From positions 1-44,208 of the forward strand of contig JBGSBN010000001.1 of assembly GCA_041730515.1 (NCBI GenBank): DNA of 44,208 nucleotides, given 5' to 3'. The translations under genes and the position numbers were made by a program. The stretch's first letter is position 1, and the number at the start of each line of letters is the position of its first letter. Origin of the DNA: Candidatus Methylacidiphilales bacterium (GTDB lineage: Bacteria; Bacteroidota; Bacteroidia; UKL13-3). This document shows, one piece after another, positions 43,347 to 44,208 of the stretch. Under the pieces are notes generated by a model. That model searched no databases and was not told the DNA's origin. It saw only the letters and a program-made list of their open reading frames with translations.

Positions 43347-44030
43347 ATGTTCATGTCTGCCTCCAATAAAATCAAACCCCCAAAAGTATATTTAACTGAT
43401 GCTGTTATAGAAACTTTTAACAGTGCAAAAAATGGAAAGTTATTGGTAGAAATAGTGGGCGGAAAATTGATGTTAAATACCCGCAATGCCAACCAGTCTT
43501 TTGATGGTTTGCACCAATTGTTTCAATTAATTTTTGCTGATTTAAAAGCCAATTTAGCTAATATTAACCAAGTTTTATGTTTGGGTTTGGCAGGTGGAAG
43601 TGTGGTTCACATTTTACGAAACGAATTGCAGTTGCCATGCACAATTACTGCGGTAGAATACGATGAAGTAATGGTACAAATTGCCCAAAAACATTTTGGT
43701 TTACAGCAGTTTGATAACCTAAATGTAATTATTGCCGTTGCGTTTACTTATGCCGAACAGCAAGCCCATAATCAATGTTTCGATTTAATTTTGGTTGATT
43801 TGTTTGAAGATAATAAAGTAGCCAACGGCATTTTTAACCTTCATTTTAATGAACAATTATTAGAAATGTGTCCTCATGGAATTATTGTTATCAATACCAT
43901 TTGTAAAAACAAGGTACAGGAAAAACAAATCAATAGTTTGGTGGCGTTTTTTAAGCAAAAACAGCTTATTTGTAACTTGAAAATATATGATATAGCGCCA
44001 ACCAATAAGGTTTTGGTAGTTTATACTTAA
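43347..44030 (+). CDS. Spermidine/spermine-synthase-like SAM-dependent transferase
   Basis: SAM/PABS-like motifs VLCLGLAGGSVVHIL, AVEYDEVMVQIAQKHFG and DLILVDLFED. The start is uncertain (ATG at 43347 or 43353). A TAccTTTG motif ends at 43346. Confidence 0.5.
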   Translation: MFMSASNKIKPPKVYLTDAVIETFNSAKNGKLLVEIVGGKLMLNTRNANQSFDGLHQLFQLIFADLKANLANINQVLCLGLAGGSVVHILRNELQLPCTITAVEYDEVMVQIAQKHFGLQQFDNLNVIIAVAFTYAEQQAHNQCFDLILVDLFEDNKVANGIFNLHFNEQLLEMCPHGIIVINTICKNKVQEKQINSLVAFFKQKQLICNLKIYDIAPTNKVLVVYT

Positions 44031-44110
44031 TGGTTTTCTGCAATTCTAGAGGTTTTTTATAATTGCTAAAATAAATAGCATTTACCAACTTGCTTTATTT
44101 TATTTGCAGC

Positions 44111-44208
44111 ATGACAATGAATTGGCAGCAGCTTTTAAAACCTTACAGATTTAACCAAACTTTACAAGACAATAAAACGAGCAGAACTGAGTTTGAGCGC
44201 GATTTTGA
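44111..44208 (+). CDS. dgt: dGTP triphosphohydrolase-like protein, N-terminal fragment (runs off the window)
   Basis: MTMNWQQLLKPYRFNQ...RTEFERDF resembles the conserved N-terminus (R.EFERDYDR) of dGTPase-family HD proteins. Only 32 codons are visible. Confidence 0.5.
   Translation, partial: MTMNWQQLLKPYRFNQTLQDNKTSRTEFERDF

Noticed and set aside
1-44208. Search for tRNA/rRNA genes, CRISPR arrays, transposases, integrases, reverse transcriptases, FNR boxes (TTGAT-N4-ATCAA) and classic defence-system genes
   Set aside because: I found none by eye. The only TTGATCAA-type palindromes lie inside CDSs. This absence should be confirmed with tRNAscan-SE, Infernal, and ISfinder- or defence-finder-type tools.

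Overview
This is an AT-rich chromosomal segment that looks like a Bacteroidota genome. Evidence: three proteins end in T9SS C-terminal sorting domains, several genes are preceded by TAnnTTTG -7 promoter motifs, and signal peptides end in ...AQ/SAQ. Composition is judged by eye, not computed.

Most of the window is housekeeping or envelope genes: a NuoL-like subunit (cut by the left edge), a SulP transporter, an OprB-like porin, pdhA, ribH, a LysM muramidase, a SerB-SerA fusion, a TonB-dependent receptor, corA, kynU, pth, rsmA, a LolA-like protein, an M61 peptidase, a Crp/Fnr regulator and a dgt fragment at the right edge. Two large T9SS cargo proteins are also present.

I found no tRNA, rRNA, CRISPR array, transposase or integrase.

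The best candidate for an uncharacterised system is a five-gene minus-strand cluster at 37087-42077: esterase, RimK-like ATP-grasp ligase with a histone-H1-like K/A tail, YbdK/GCS2 carboxylate-amine ligase, class-I GATase-fold protein, and a second ATP-grasp-like protein. It is flanked by a second esterase and a spermidine-synthase-like gene. This is consistent with synthesis of an unknown peptide-like, gamma-glutamyl or polyamine conjugate.

Other points worth a second look:
- A RhuM-Fic/Doc gene preceded by a truncated paralog that shares an identical 24-nt 5' end.
- A SerB-SerA fusion whose dehydrogenase signature arginine is replaced.
- A Rieske-like lipoprotein lacking the His ligands.
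- A 60-64 nt palindromic repeat present twice.
- GC-rich hairpin elements in otherwise AT-rich intergenic DNA.
- An orphan intrinsic terminator.
- Several unusually long non-coding regions.

All functional calls come from motif recognition by eye. No database search was run.
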